This document shows positions 48,057 through 57,904 of a stretch of 64,000 nucleotides of DNA, one piece after another (positions within the stretch are counted from its first letter, which is position 1; every line of letters starts with the position of its first letter). Both the position numbers and the translations under genes were made by a program. Source of the stretch: Escherichia phage PGN829.1; sequence record NC_070871.1; one strand, given 5' to 3'. The notes beneath the pieces are model-generated. The model was given only the letters and a program-made list of their open reading frames with translations. It was not told the DNA's origin and did not search any database.

Positions 48057-48437
48057 TCAGATTGTACAACCACCACCATCACAGGTGTTGTTTTCTGCAA
48101 AGGAAGCCAGAGCTTTAGCAGTCTCTTCTTTCTCATGCAGTACCTGACGTAGCAGGTAACCTTCTAATTCCCAAATCTTATTGAATGCATTTTCATATGC
48201 ATACTGACGGCCTTTTTGCTCATCATAGATAGCTGGGTCAACACAGGCAGATACACCTTCAACTTTGAAGCCATTTTCCAAGATGATAATGCAATAGGTT
48301 ATCAGACCCAGGTTAGCCAAATCATCTGCCGGGAGTGCAGATGGATCAACAAATGCAGACTTCACTGCATCAGCTCCATTAAAATAGTAGACGCTCTTAA
48401 TCTTAGCTTCGATTGCTTCTTTACTTACTGTTGCCAT
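48057..48437 (-). CDS. hypothetical protein (possibly N4 gp49-family)
   Basis: Start at MATVSK with GAGG RBS; family assignment from memory only. Confidence 0.35.
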   Translation of the reverse strand: MATVSKEAIEAKIKSVYYFNGADAVKSAFVDPSALPADDLANLGLITYCIIILENGFKVEGVSACVDPAIYDEQKGRQYAYENAFNKIWELEGYLLRQVLHEKEETAKALASFAENNTCDGGGCTI

Positions 48438-48604
48438 TATTAGCCTCATAGAGTGGTTTGAGTTTGTACTTAAACATGACTGCGTTGTTATAGGCTACGC
48501 TACCTGCAAACACCAAAGACTTGCGTCCTCGATTATCCGTTACCTCATAGGCATACGGGGTTGAGATTAGGTCAATCATATTGATTATCCAATTATTAAT
48601 ACTC

Positions 48605-48643
48605 AAATAAAAAAGTCCCCCAGAGTGACGGCTCCAGGGGACT
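48605..48643 (-). terminator. intrinsic terminator
   Basis: 7-bp stem agtcccc/ggggact with internal pairing, followed on minus strand by a long T tract. Confidence 0.5.
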
Positions 48644-49325
48644 TAGTACTATTTACCCATAGCTGGGAGGCTTTTGGTTCTTACCACGAAGACAGTCCAC
48701 GCTGACCAGGCTTGGGATTGATAGTCCCGTTCCTGTGGTAATTACTCAGGCTAGGATTTAAGGAGTTCCTATTCTCCAGCGAAATTCCCGTCGAAGGGAA
48801 TAACAATACAATAGCAGCCACTGGACTGTCTTACCAGTGTTGTCTTTAGAGTGCGGTGCAATCAGGACTATGTTACTGCTAAATAGGTGAGTCATGCCAG
48901 ACTCTAACTGGCTCCTTCTTCGCAATCCTTACATACCCCTACATAATTATTGCGTTAAGCTTTTTTGTTTAAGTTTAAGTGAAGGCGTTCTTGCTGACTC
49001 ATAATAGGGTGGGCGTTTGACGAATGACTAGTTCGTTACTACCCATTTGCCATAAGTACCTGGCGACTTGGGTTTGAGGTGGGAGTCCGAGTCCTGTACA
49101 GCCTTACCGTTAACACATTGGCAGCGTATCTAGAATTGCACTTCCGGCAACTGGATTTAACTGTTACACCTCAAATATGGTAGGGGCGTCCAGAAGTCTC
49201 ATCTGGTACTTACGCCGTCGTATGGTTACGACTTACCCCCATAATTCTTCCAATTCAGAGTAGCACTGTCACGGTAGGTGCTTTAAATGCCGGGAAACAT
49301 TTAAATATACAATGCTACTTTGAAT

Positions 49326-49448
49326 TGGTTATCAGTGAAGGATTCGAACCTCCGGTTGGAGTCTATAGCTTACCGCAGCAGCCCTCCAATCTAGCGGTGT
49401 CACACTTAGTCCAAACTTGAACATGTCAAGCCATCTCGTGCAACTGAT
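49326..49448 (-). ncRNA. tRNA-like element 1 (T-arm, acceptor, encoded CCA; non-canonical length)
   Basis: Minus strand GGAGG-TTCGAAT-CCTTC T-arm, 3' ACTGATA-A-CCA; perfect 5' partner TATCAGT lies 124 nt upstream; no canonical cloverleaf found by hand. Confidence 0.3.
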
Positions 49449-49450
49449 AA

Positions 49451-49516
49451 TTGGTTCCGGCGTCTGGACTCGAACCAGAACACTCATGCCGTGCACGGCA
49501 CTAGTACCTACACCGG
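49451..49516 (-). ncRNA. tRNA-like element 2 (T-arm, acceptor, encoded CCA; too short for a canonical tRNA)
   Basis: TCTGG-TTCGAGT-CCAGA T-arm, acceptor TCCGGTG/CGCCGGA, 3' A-CCA; 66 nt; 2 nt from element 1. Confidence 0.3.
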
Positions 49517-49697
49517 AATAAATTGCCAGGGATTCCACCTGGCTCCATCTGTTTTTAAAGTCACTCAGATATCGTCTGGACTTGTTGTGGAGTGACGCAC
49601 CACCTCACTCTTAAATGTTAACCCATTCCCAGCCCCACAACACACGCTACGGTTAAGATTATTGCGCATGGTGTATGGTCTTGCTGGTCACAACGGA

Positions 49698-49780
49698 AAG
49701 AGCACTTGCGGAGTCGAACCGCCTTGTCTTCTAGAGCTTTCGCATATAACTAATCGCTAGTCTACGTCACCCGTAATGCT
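49698..49780 (-). ncRNA. tRNA-like element 3 (T-arm plus 7-bp acceptor, no CCA)
   Basis: GGCGG-TTCGACT-CCGCA T-arm; acceptor GAGCATT/AGTGCTC; 83 nt; no anticodon arm found by hand. Confidence 0.25.
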
Positions 49781-50475
49781 CTTTCCTGTTATGTTCCCTG
49801 ACTTATTAATCACACCTCAGGGACGCAGTGCGCCGAATTTGTTTACAAGGAATCGGAAGACCTTGCTGACTTACAGGCTATTACGCCGCCATCAGAATAA
49901 CATCATCGTTTGCATTTATGTAATTGGTTCGTTTCTAAAAAACCGCATAATCGCTTACGAAAACTATCAAAGAGTACACTAAGCACAGGTAGCTATCCTG
50001 CCGTCTTCTCTACCTACACCGGCTACAGTGTAGACCTCCGCACGTTAGCTTAATATACTCATTGATAGGATGTTATAATAGGGGAGGGAGGACGAGTCCC
50101 TCTTTACCCTATGATTTAGTTTACACGTAAGACCTAACATTTCAATGCTGGATGAATAGAGTAATGAACTATCCGACATTAATGGTTAATGTTGTGCTCA
50201 GCATGAGCGTTAGTTGATAAGGGATCTGAAGCCTTATCCCAAAGATACTAACCTTTGGGATATAGCCTAAGATTCAGAAATGGCCACTATAGGGAGAGGC
50301 CATTGATTAACCCGAATGTTGCTTTACATTTTCTGTGATAACCCATTCTTAAAATAGTCTGTCTGACGGATGGGGGGCCACCCCTAGCGTCAGTGCCATA
50401 CGGCAAAGATTAAGTTAAGAAAGGTTATGATAGGAGTTCCTATCTCAAAGGATTCTAACAGAACCCTTCACGATA

Positions 50476-50646
50476 TTAACTACTCTTTTTCAGTGCTTCT
50501 ACTTCGCCCTCTTTATACCAAGCATATGGTATTAAGATTTTGCAGCCTTCTGATTCAATGTGAAATGCTTTCTTTCCTTCAACAGGTTCTCCACCCATGA
50601 AAGAACTAATCTTCCCATTGAGCCAGTGAATAGTAAATTTGTTCAT
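50476..50646 (-). CDS. small ORF (56 aa), hypothetical
   Basis: Own translation: ATG at 50646 with GAGG RBS, MNKFTIHWLNGK...; below the track length cutoff. Confidence 0.3.
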   Translation of the reverse strand: MNKFTIHWLNGKISSFMGGEPVEGKKAFHIESEGCKILIPYAWYKEGEVEALKKSS

Positions 50647-50877
50647 ATTAGCCTCAGTTGAACCAATCCCCTTCGGAGAGTATTAAAGGGGACTGGTTCG
50701 GTTGTTGTTATTCTGGCGGCTTGTCACCACCGTGTTTACCACTGCATTTCCACAGGATAATGACAGTGATGATAAAAGCTATGTATGGAGCCGACACGTC
50801 TATAATCCTGACCAGTAGTAGCATCAGGACTATAAACACTACCACACCTAGCAGCAGCTTCTGAGCCACCTACCAAA

Positions 50878-51318
50878 TTAACTACGTTTAAGGCCAGCGA
50901 ACAGTGAAGGCTTAGTAGCAGGTTTCTCTGCTGGTTCTTCAGCCTTAACTTCTTCCTGCACAACTTCTTCTTGTGCTTCTGGTTCAGTCACTGCTTCTTC
51001 TTCAGGTTCCGGCGTAGAACTCCCGTTCTGACCACCAGTAGAGGTCTGGGTTTCTTCTTCCTTTACCTCTTCAACCGTTTCTTCCGGTTCCGGTTCTACC
51101 GGACGGTGTTTGGCTTCCTGAGGATTCTTACGAGAACGGCGAGTTTTCTTCTCTACTCCCACGGGTGGAGTATCTTCATGAACCTCTTCGTTGATACCAA
51201 CGGAGGCTGTACCATCTGCATTGATGACAATATTAATATCACCAGCAAGGTTGATTTGATCATCGACATAAGCCTGTACAGCAGCTTCTACTTCGGACTG
51301 GTTCAAAATGATTTGCAT
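50878..51318 (-). CDS. highly acidic protein (Glu/Pro-rich tail)
   Basis: 146 aa with PEPEE-type acidic low-complexity C-terminal half. Confidence 0.45.
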   Translation of the reverse strand: MQIILNQSEVEAAVQAYVDDQINLAGDINIVINADGTASVGINEEVHEDTPPVGVEKKTRRSRKNPQEAKHRPVEPEPEETVEEVKEEETQTSTGGQNGSSTPEPEEEAVTEPEAQEEVVQEEVKAEEPAEKPATKPSLFAGLKRS

Positions 51319-51319
51319 A

Positions 51320-51874
51320 TTATGCCTTTAATAACTTAATGAGGTTCTGGAAAGCTGGGAGATTTACACCAGCGTGGATTGCACCGATTGCATCTGCTAA
51401 GTGCTCATTCTTATTCAGAAGTTTGCCCTTCTTATCAGTGAGCCAGTTGGCTTCTGGATAGACGGCATGAGCAGCACGAATCATCGTGTCCTTAGATGCA
51501 GTTTTATCACCGACCAGTGCAAGTTTGTTTTCAATTGGGGATACTTCAAAGATTGGACAACCTAATGCACGAAATGCACCTATTAATCCTACGCATACGC
51601 CATAGGATTTCATACCGTTAGCAGACTGAGAGCCTACTGGTACTTCTACGAATACTGCTTTAGCAGACCGTAACCATTCTTCACAACCAAGAAACAAATC
51701 GTGAGCGGCTTGTATATCTTTGGAGTTGGTTCGAACTTGTTTGTTGTGGTCAACTTCAGTTTGAACCAGTTTAAGTTCGACCTGCTCGAAGACGCCGGAC
51801 TCAATGTCCAGCATCCCACGAGCTAAACCCCAATTGCGGAGACTAATGTCTGCACCAACAATTGGGATTTTCAT
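51320..51874 (-). CDS. RuvC-like Holliday junction resolvase
   Basis: N-terminal VGADIS, FVEVP and C-terminal EHLADAIGAIHA resemble RuvC catalytic motifs. Confidence 0.5.
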   Translation of the reverse strand: MKIPIVGADISLRNWGLARGMLDIESGVFEQVELKLVQTEVDHNKQVRTNSKDIQAAHDLFLGCEEWLRSAKAVFVEVPVGSQSANGMKSYGVCVGLIGAFRALGCPIFEVSPIENKLALVGDKTASKDTMIRAAHAVYPEANWLTDKKGKLLNKNEHLADAIGAIHAGVNLPAFQNLIKLLKA

Positions 51875-52671
51875 TAACGTTTACCGAACAGTGATTTACC
51901 ACCAGCAGGAGCAGTACCCGTGCCAGCACTTGGTTTAGGAAGCAAGCCACCTTTGCCATTAACACCAGCAGAACCCTTGGTCTTATCACGGGTTTTACCC
52001 TTGTTCTTTTCTAACCATGCTGCATAAAATACAGCCAGTTCTGGGGTCAGTTCTTTCTCAGCCTTCTCTGCTTCCTGAGCCTCGACGACTGTGACCAGCA
52101 GTTCCGGGTGAAACACTTTCTGAATCTCGTTTACTTCACGGGTTTCACCGGAATCAACGTAACCGTTGTCACCCTTAACCTGCTTAGATTCCAGAACCTT
52201 TTCCAGGGCGAAGGTAACAGTCTGACCAACCAGGTCTACTGGAACCATGACAGATTTATTAACTTCTGCTTTAGCATCGAAGTCATAGACTTTAACAATC
52301 TTCTCTTCGAAGTCAGCCTCAGGCAGTTCCGTACCGGTAGCCATCAGCATCATGTCGTTAATGACGGTGTATCCCGGCAGGAAGTATTCTTTACCGTTCT
52401 TCTCGTAAGTAGGCTTATTGCCTTTAGAATTACCAGAAGTGAAGTACACCTGTGAACGGAACTCGCCAGCATCATTACCATCAGAACCTTTCAGGTTTTC
52501 AATGATTAACTGCATCCAGTCTGCACCAGAGTCAGCTTTACCTACGTAAGCTACTTTTACAGTACCGGTGTAGATATCTGACTCCTTTGCACCGAAGCCA
52601 CCACCACCAAGGGAGTCTTTTACAGCTTCAACGTTTTTGGTTTTTTCTTTCAAGTTACTGAACAGTGACAT
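51874..52671 (-). CDS. single-stranded DNA-binding protein (N4 gp45-like)
   Basis: 265 aa with Gly-rich flexible C-terminal tail; size and position match N4 SSB. Confidence 0.55.
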   Translation of the reverse strand: MSLFSNLKEKTKNVEAVKDSLGGGGFGAKESDIYTGTVKVAYVGKADSGADWMQLIIENLKGSDGNDAGEFRSQVYFTSGNSKGNKPTYEKNGKEYFLPGYTVINDMMLMATGTELPEADFEEKIVKVYDFDAKAEVNKSVMVPVDLVGQTVTFALEKVLESKQVKGDNGYVDSGETREVNEIQKVFHPELLVTVVEAQEAEKAEKELTPELAVFYAAWLEKNKGKTRDKTKGSAGVNGKGGLLPKPSAGTGTAPAGGKSLFGKR

Positions 52672-52711
52672 AATATTTTTCCTAATAAGTGATTAACAAC
52701 CAGGCAAACGC

Positions 52712-53464
52712 TTAAGCGTAGTATTCAGCCAGATGGTCTAAGAGTTTCTGGGCATCATTATCAATGTAAGTCTCAGACTTATCGAACATACCCATTGGGG
52801 AACGTAGACGTTTACCAACAGACTTCTTGGTTGGGCGAGTCTGGAATACGTGCTTATAACCTAAGTCACGTTCTTCTTCGGTAATTTCAAGCATCTTGTT
52901 GCCATACTTCTCCAGCTCTTTAATGTCTACACGCTCTGCGTAAACCACTGTAGAGAAGTAAGCCTCAAGACCATTGTTCTTCAGAGAACCTTTCACTGGG
53001 ATGAATGTTTTAATCACACCAGCAGCTTCGTCGAGTTCATCTTTGGCATGGGCAGTAATAATTACTGGCTTACCAAATTTAACAACTTTCTGTTGCAGCA
53101 GTATTTTAAAGAACTGTGCAAAATCTCCCCATGCCTTCTGAGTATTAGCAGATGGCAGTACATACTGAGATTCCAGCATATCCATCATGAAGGTAGCAGA
53201 GTCGATAATGATTCCATCAACATCGTCTGCCATTTCACCACCTGGGGATGCAACATCAAATGCTTCCCAAATCTGATATGGGTCTTCAATGTTGTAGGTA
53301 TTAAACTTGTTACGGAAAGGTAGACGTTTACCTGCTTCAGTATTCAGATAGAGCCAGCGTTCCTGGTTCCTGATGTTACGCAGTGATGCTGATTTACCAC
53401 TCGCTGAGAATCCTGCAATCAGGATTAGCTGAGTGTTCATATCATTGGAGATTTCTTCGGACAT
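52712..53464 (-). CDS. RecA-fold ATPase (AAA_24 / Sak4-like recombination protein)
   Basis: Walker A GFSASGKS, Walker B-like IIIDSATF; about 250 aa. Confidence 0.5.
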   Translation of the reverse strand: MSEEISNDMNTQLILIAGFSASGKSASLRNIRNQERWLYLNTEAGKRLPFRNKFNTYNIEDPYQIWEAFDVASPGGEMADDVDGIIIDSATFMMDMLESQYVLPSANTQKAWGDFAQFFKILLQQKVVKFGKPVIITAHAKDELDEAAGVIKTFIPVKGSLKNNGLEAYFSTVVYAERVDIKELEKYGNKMLEITEEERDLGYKHVFQTRPTKKSVGKRLRSPMGMFDKSETYIDNDAQKLLDHLAEYYA

Positions 53465-53520
53465 TATTTTTCCTCGTTTAATTTAGGAGTCCTTCAAACC
53501 AAAGAAAGACTCCTGTTTAC

Positions 53521-55671
53521 TTATTTGCCAGCGTAGCGTTTAGCTACAGTGACCATTACGGTTGCATTCAATTCATCATCCGGCAATGGATTAGCCAGTT
53601 TCTTATTGAATGTGTGGACGGCTTGCTGTACTTGGGCAAAGTCCCAACCACTGTCAACCAATGCCAGTGCGTACTTAATCATTTGATTATTACGATTACC
53701 GGAGGCAATACGACTAGCGAACCAACGCTCCAGATTATCCAACGACTGTACTTCCTTCATCTGGTTCTGGAACTGCTCGTTCTTACTAGTACGAGGAATA
53801 AAGTCACGCACATCTAACAGATTCGCATCAAGATTGTAATGATAGGAACCAGTCTCACAGGACATCCACTTCTTGGCTCGTTGGTTAGCTGACTCATCCG
53901 TTTCGAATGGTAGCCAAGCCATAACATTATTCATGAACTCTTTGTATTCCTCAGTGTCGAGGTGTAACTCATAGTTCATTGGAATAATCAGACGGAAGCG
54001 GTTCTCTTCATCAGTATGACGCTTGGTGGTATAGGTCATGAACTTATATTCCTTCATCAGTTCATGGCACGTATGCAGAGGTACTCCACCATCACAGTCA
54101 ATAACAATCATGTTAAATCCTGGGATAACATTCTCTTCAGAACGATGTCCATTCTTCATGTGATGGTTTACCCAGTGCATACCTGGAGCTTGGGTTAATA
54201 CATGCAACTGGTCGAACGGTACACGTTCACCAATGTAGTCATAAGCAAAGCTATCACTATACGCCACAATCATCTCATTGATGTCAGTCTCTTTAAGAGT
54301 CTCACCACGGAAGAACTCAATACCCTCATTGAAGGTCTTCTTAATGATGATGTGCTGTTTGTAACCCCATGCAGTAGCAAGAGTCATCATCTCATTACGA
54401 GCTGCATTACCACTCTTATAGAATGGCAAAGACTCCAGTAAGTCAGCATGAGTTACTTCTTTACCTACAGAGGCAATGTACTTAGCCAGTTTCACATAGG
54501 CTTTTTCACGATTGAGGATTGTCTGGAATGCTGCCCCAGATTCCTCTACAAGCAGAATTGCTTGTTTAAGGTGAGCCATCTCAATAAATGAACTCTGGTC
54601 AACAAATGCCAGTGCACCTGCCAGCTTAAGAGCCTTGAAGTAACGATGGGAGATTTCAGCCTTACGAATTTCTTCGTGGTCAGCCATAGCTTCTGCTTGT
54701 TTCTCACAATCAATCTTGTAAGTAATAAGAGCAATGCCCACAGCATCTTCTACAACCATCTTGAAGCCAAACAGGTTTGGGTCAGCCAGACTATGGAAGT
54801 GATTAGCCCACTTGCCAAGAGATTGTACGTTATCCTGTTTAATCAGGTTACGGTAGATTTCTTCCGGAGTCAGTGTTGCATGTGCTCGCTTGTCTAAATG
54901 CCCGATAGCAAACAAGCAGCGACGTGCATACCCTGTATCGAGGAAGTCATAGAACTGATCTTCGGTCTGACCACCATCCAGCAGCTTACTCGGAGTACCA
55001 AACAGCAGCAGGTTAGTTGGAGTCTTACCATCCAGTTCTTCACCACGAACACTTTCAGCAGTATTCTTGGTCAGCTTCTGCTTAACCTTACCTTGGTCAT
55101 ATAGCTCCAGGAACAGAGTTAATACATCAGAGTTAGCCAGCAGATTTGAACCAATTTCATCAATCTGAAGATTGATTGAACCACACCCAGCCATTAACAG
55201 TTTATGACGCAGTTGTTTAACTGCTGGTGGAGTACCAGAGTCAAACGTAAACGGATATGCTCCGGCACGTTTATACTCTGCTTCAACTTTATCAAACTCT
55301 TCCTGCTGGTCAGTACCTTGACGTGCAGAACGTTCGTTAGCAATCTTCCATAAACGGTCATTTGCAATGACGGGCATGGTGTCTTCCATAAAACGTTTAC
55401 GGAAGCCAGTCATGAACCCATCTTCGATGATATTTACTGAGTGACCTTTACCGAAACCAGATGTAGCCAACGCTATAGCGTAGATGTTTACCGGCAGGTC
55501 ACCACGGTCTTTAGTTACAATGGTTGCACCCATGCAGGATGCCATTTTAGCCAAGAAGTAGGCTACTTCGACACGGAAGAATCCCCTGTCATTGTTCTGA
55601 GTACGGTTACACAGTACATCAACAATCTCTTCAATAGCATGATGGTGGGTTACACCTGTAAGGTCAATCAT
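53521..55671 (-). CDS. putative DNA primase / replication initiation protein
   Basis: 716 aa; C-terminal acidic motif IVIDCDGG and VHTFNKKLANPLPDDELN; placed between SSB and polymerase. Confidence 0.45.
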   Translation of the reverse strand: MIDLTGVTHHHAIEEIVDVLCNRTQNNDRGFFRVEVAYFLAKMASCMGATIVTKDRGDLPVNIYAIALATSGFGKGHSVNIIEDGFMTGFRKRFMEDTMPVIANDRLWKIANERSARQGTDQQEEFDKVEAEYKRAGAYPFTFDSGTPPAVKQLRHKLLMAGCGSINLQIDEIGSNLLANSDVLTLFLELYDQGKVKQKLTKNTAESVRGEELDGKTPTNLLLFGTPSKLLDGGQTEDQFYDFLDTGYARRCLFAIGHLDKRAHATLTPEEIYRNLIKQDNVQSLGKWANHFHSLADPNLFGFKMVVEDAVGIALITYKIDCEKQAEAMADHEEIRKAEISHRYFKALKLAGALAFVDQSSFIEMAHLKQAILLVEESGAAFQTILNREKAYVKLAKYIASVGKEVTHADLLESLPFYKSGNAARNEMMTLATAWGYKQHIIIKKTFNEGIEFFRGETLKETDINEMIVAYSDSFAYDYIGERVPFDQLHVLTQAPGMHWVNHHMKNGHRSEENVIPGFNMIVIDCDGGVPLHTCHELMKEYKFMTYTTKRHTDEENRFRLIIPMNYELHLDTEEYKEFMNNVMAWLPFETDESANQRAKKWMSCETGSYHYNLDANLLDVRDFIPRTSKNEQFQNQMKEVQSLDNLERWFASRIASGNRNNQMIKYALALVDSGWDFAQVQQAVHTFNKKLANPLPDDELNATVMVTVAKRYAGK

Positions 55672-56152
55672 GGTTTACATACTCTCCGTGAAGTTTATTT
55701 CTTAATTCGGTTGCTACTGCGATTGCAGTTTCCAGGTCGGCGTGTCGGCCTCCCCAATAAGTTTTATAGTTAACACAGACTTTAACCATCCACTTAGAGG
55801 TGGACTTGCACCAGAAAACACCCTTAGCACCAGACGTATTGTCGCAGTGCTTGGGGGTATTACATCTGTTCTGCGATTCAGTCGCTTCCCTTAAATTAGT
55901 AATAAGGTTATTCGACGGATTTCTGTCTTTGTGTTCTATGAGGAGTGGCACGGTTCCATGATGTAAGAACCATACTACTCGGTGGCATTTTAGTAAGGTG
56001 CCTTTGCCCTTGCCTACTCGTACTAACCAGTAACCACTACCATCGAGGGTTCCAACTTCCTTACCATTTTTCCGTATGCAACTACGGGAGGCTGGATCGT
56101 AAGACAACTCAAGAGCTGCCTGTTGGTACACCTCGATTGGTATTAATTTCAT
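55664..56152 (-). CDS. HNH homing endonuclease with AP2-like domain
   Basis: HRVVWFLHHG...HKDRNPSNN (HNH) and GVFWCKSTSKWMVKVCVNYKTYWGGRHADLETA (AP2-like). Confidence 0.65.
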   Translation of the reverse strand: MKLIPIEVYQQAALELSYDPASRSCIRKNGKEVGTLDGSGYWLVRVGKGKGTLLKCHRVVWFLHHGTVPLLIEHKDRNPSNNLITNLREATESQNRCNTPKHCDNTSGAKGVFWCKSTSKWMVKVCVNYKTYWGGRHADLETAIAVATELRNKLHGEYVNHD

Positions 56153-57126
56153 GGGTAATATCGTTTCCTCTGTTCACAAATGGTAGCGACGGGACAGTAC
56201 AGGCATCTTTTAACCTGCCCCTCCACGACCTTGATAGCACCCTTGCCACCTTTTTCAGCCAGGAAGATACGAGCAGATGCCATATCGTCAAAGTTTTTGG
56301 TACTTCTGGCTCCAGGTACATCTACCTTAGAAGCATCAGAAAAGTACTTAAACTGTGGCTCTGTTCGCCATAACTCCTCGTCAGTACATTCAGGAATTTC
56401 CTCTTCAGGAGCATCCCAGTACTTTTCTATGAGATAAATCTTCTCTTCCACCCAACGTTCAGTCTTCTCGACAGATAACAACGGAATATCCTTATGCATA
56501 ATACGATTAGCAGGATAGTTCGGATTGCTATTAGCCATGTGTTTCATGAAGTCAGTGAAGATGTAGTTAATACGTATTACATCCTCCGTAATGATGTCGT
56601 TGTGAATCCAACGGTACAAGCTGCCCTGCATCTTATGTTCATCATCACGGGAACCAGCAACCCAGGAATAGGTTGAAGTAGACTTGAAGTCTTGCAACAG
56701 ACCTTCCGTTACGATGTCGAACTTACCACCGATAGTCCAACCCTTAACTACCCTGGTTCCACGTTGTTCAATGTATATTGGGATAAGGTCAGGATTAACA
56801 TCAAAGTCTGCTTTGGTTGGGTTAATGACTACTGCATCAATGACTCGCTGAGGATAACCCAACTTCTTCAATGCAGTCTTGTGACCCAGCTTCCAGGCTT
56901 TCTCGATAGAATCATGCAAGCCAGTACCCATTGATGTGGAGACGAAATCCATAACGTCAATAGACTGCTCACTAAGATCTACACGATGTTTCATGACGAT
57001 TTGCTTAAGTGGCTTAAGCAGTGTGGTTACAGACAGATACTTAGGATTGTCTACATAATCATATTCGTCATGTAATAGCCATACAGCCAGAGCCAGTGAA
57101 ACATCATGATTGTTGGTTATCTTCAT
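56149..57126 (-). CDS. PD-(D/E)XK nuclease with C-terminal Cys cluster (Cas4/RecB-like exonuclease)
   Basis: C-terminal RCLYCPVATIC plus upstream Cys, typical Fe-S cluster arrangement of Cas4-family nucleases. Confidence 0.45.
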   Translation of the reverse strand: MKITNNHDVSLALAVWLLHDEYDYVDNPKYLSVTTLLKPLKQIVMKHRVDLSEQSIDVMDFVSTSMGTGLHDSIEKAWKLGHKTALKKLGYPQRVIDAVVINPTKADFDVNPDLIPIYIEQRGTRVVKGWTIGGKFDIVTEGLLQDFKSTSTYSWVAGSRDDEHKMQGSLYRWIHNDIITEDVIRINYIFTDFMKHMANSNPNYPANRIMHKDIPLLSVEKTERWVEEKIYLIEKYWDAPEEEIPECTDEELWRTEPQFKYFSDASKVDVPGARSTKNFDDMASARIFLAEKGGKGAIKVVEGQVKRCLYCPVATICEQRKRYYP

Positions 57127-57599
57127 TAGTAGGTAATCCTATAACGATAAATATCTACCCAGTTAATAGACAGAAGCTGTGGTTCCTCTGGAAAGCATGT
57201 GTAGGTTGTACAATGGTTTTTGTACTCATACTCAAGCTTTTTCCACTTACGCATGAAGGAGGGTCTTTCATTACTGTAAACCCAATCCGTATTGGATTCT
57301 TCCAACTTAACTACTTCACCGCTATCCTTAGAATCAAAGTAAGCTTTAGCAAGTAGACGATTAGCGTAATGAACAAGCTTCTCACAATCATACACTGGAG
57401 TATTTCCAGGTTTACCATTACCCATACGGGCAGCAGCATTTCGCCACAAAGCTTTAAAGGCACAACCTTCATCGAAGGTCATGCCCAGTGCCTGGATAAT
57501 ATCCTCACACTCTGCTTGGTATGGCTCTTGCTCTTTCCGTTGAGGGTTCTTAACTGATACTACATACCAGTTATTCAATCCACCGGAGAGCTTAGTCAT
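57126..57599 (-). CDS. hypothetical protein
   Basis: 157-aa ORF in replication operon. Confidence 0.4.
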   Translation of the reverse strand: MTKLSGGLNNWYVVSVKNPQRKEQEPYQAECEDIIQALGMTFDEGCAFKALWRNAAARMGNGKPGNTPVYDCEKLVHYANRLLAKAYFDSKDSGEVVKLEESNTDWVYSNERPSFMRKWKKLEYEYKNHCTTYTCFPEEPQLLSINWVDIYRYRITY

Positions 57600-57904
57600 T
57601 ATTCCCCCTTGGGAATCATGTTTGCCCGGAACTTTGGTTCAGACATCAGACCCAGGTTGCTAAGAGACAGATAAACAATGTCTTTCAAGTCAACTGAGGT
57701 GTCGAAACGCTGATCCAGACTAATCTTCAGTGAGTGATTGGCACGAGCCAAATCTTTATAAGTCACGTAAGGTTCATCAGTGAGTAACATTGTATTCATG
57801 GTAAGCAGAGAGCCATCATCCACTTTAGGAAGCTGAAAGATTACCTGTGCTGCTACCATCCAATGATATTTTCTGACTACGGTTTCTTTAGTACTTTTAG
57901 TCAT
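57599..57904 (-). CDS. hypothetical protein
   Basis: 101-aa ORF in replication operon. Confidence 0.35.
   Translation of the reverse strand: MTKSTKETVVRKYHWMVAAQVIFQLPKVDDGSLLTMNTMLLTDEPYVTYKDLARANHSLKISLDQRFDTSVDLKDIVYLSLSNLGLMSEPKFRANMIPKGE

Noticed and set aside
48421-48606. 61-aa minus-strand ORF upstream of the gp49-like gene
   Set aside because: Starts on TTG inside a terminator T tract, overlaps the next gene by 29 bp and has no convincing RBS at the internal ATG.
49326-49780. Calling the three T-arm elements intact canonical tRNA genes
   Set aside because: Hand folding found no D or anticodon arms and the lengths are wrong; kept only as low-confidence tRNA-like elements.
50285-50296. 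ACTATAGGGAGA, identical to the -7 to +6 core of the T7 class III promoter
   Set aside because: Only 12 nt match, the upstream specificity region does not, it is on the opposite strand to all neighbouring genes, and N4 RNAP II is not known to use T7-type promoters; most likely chance.
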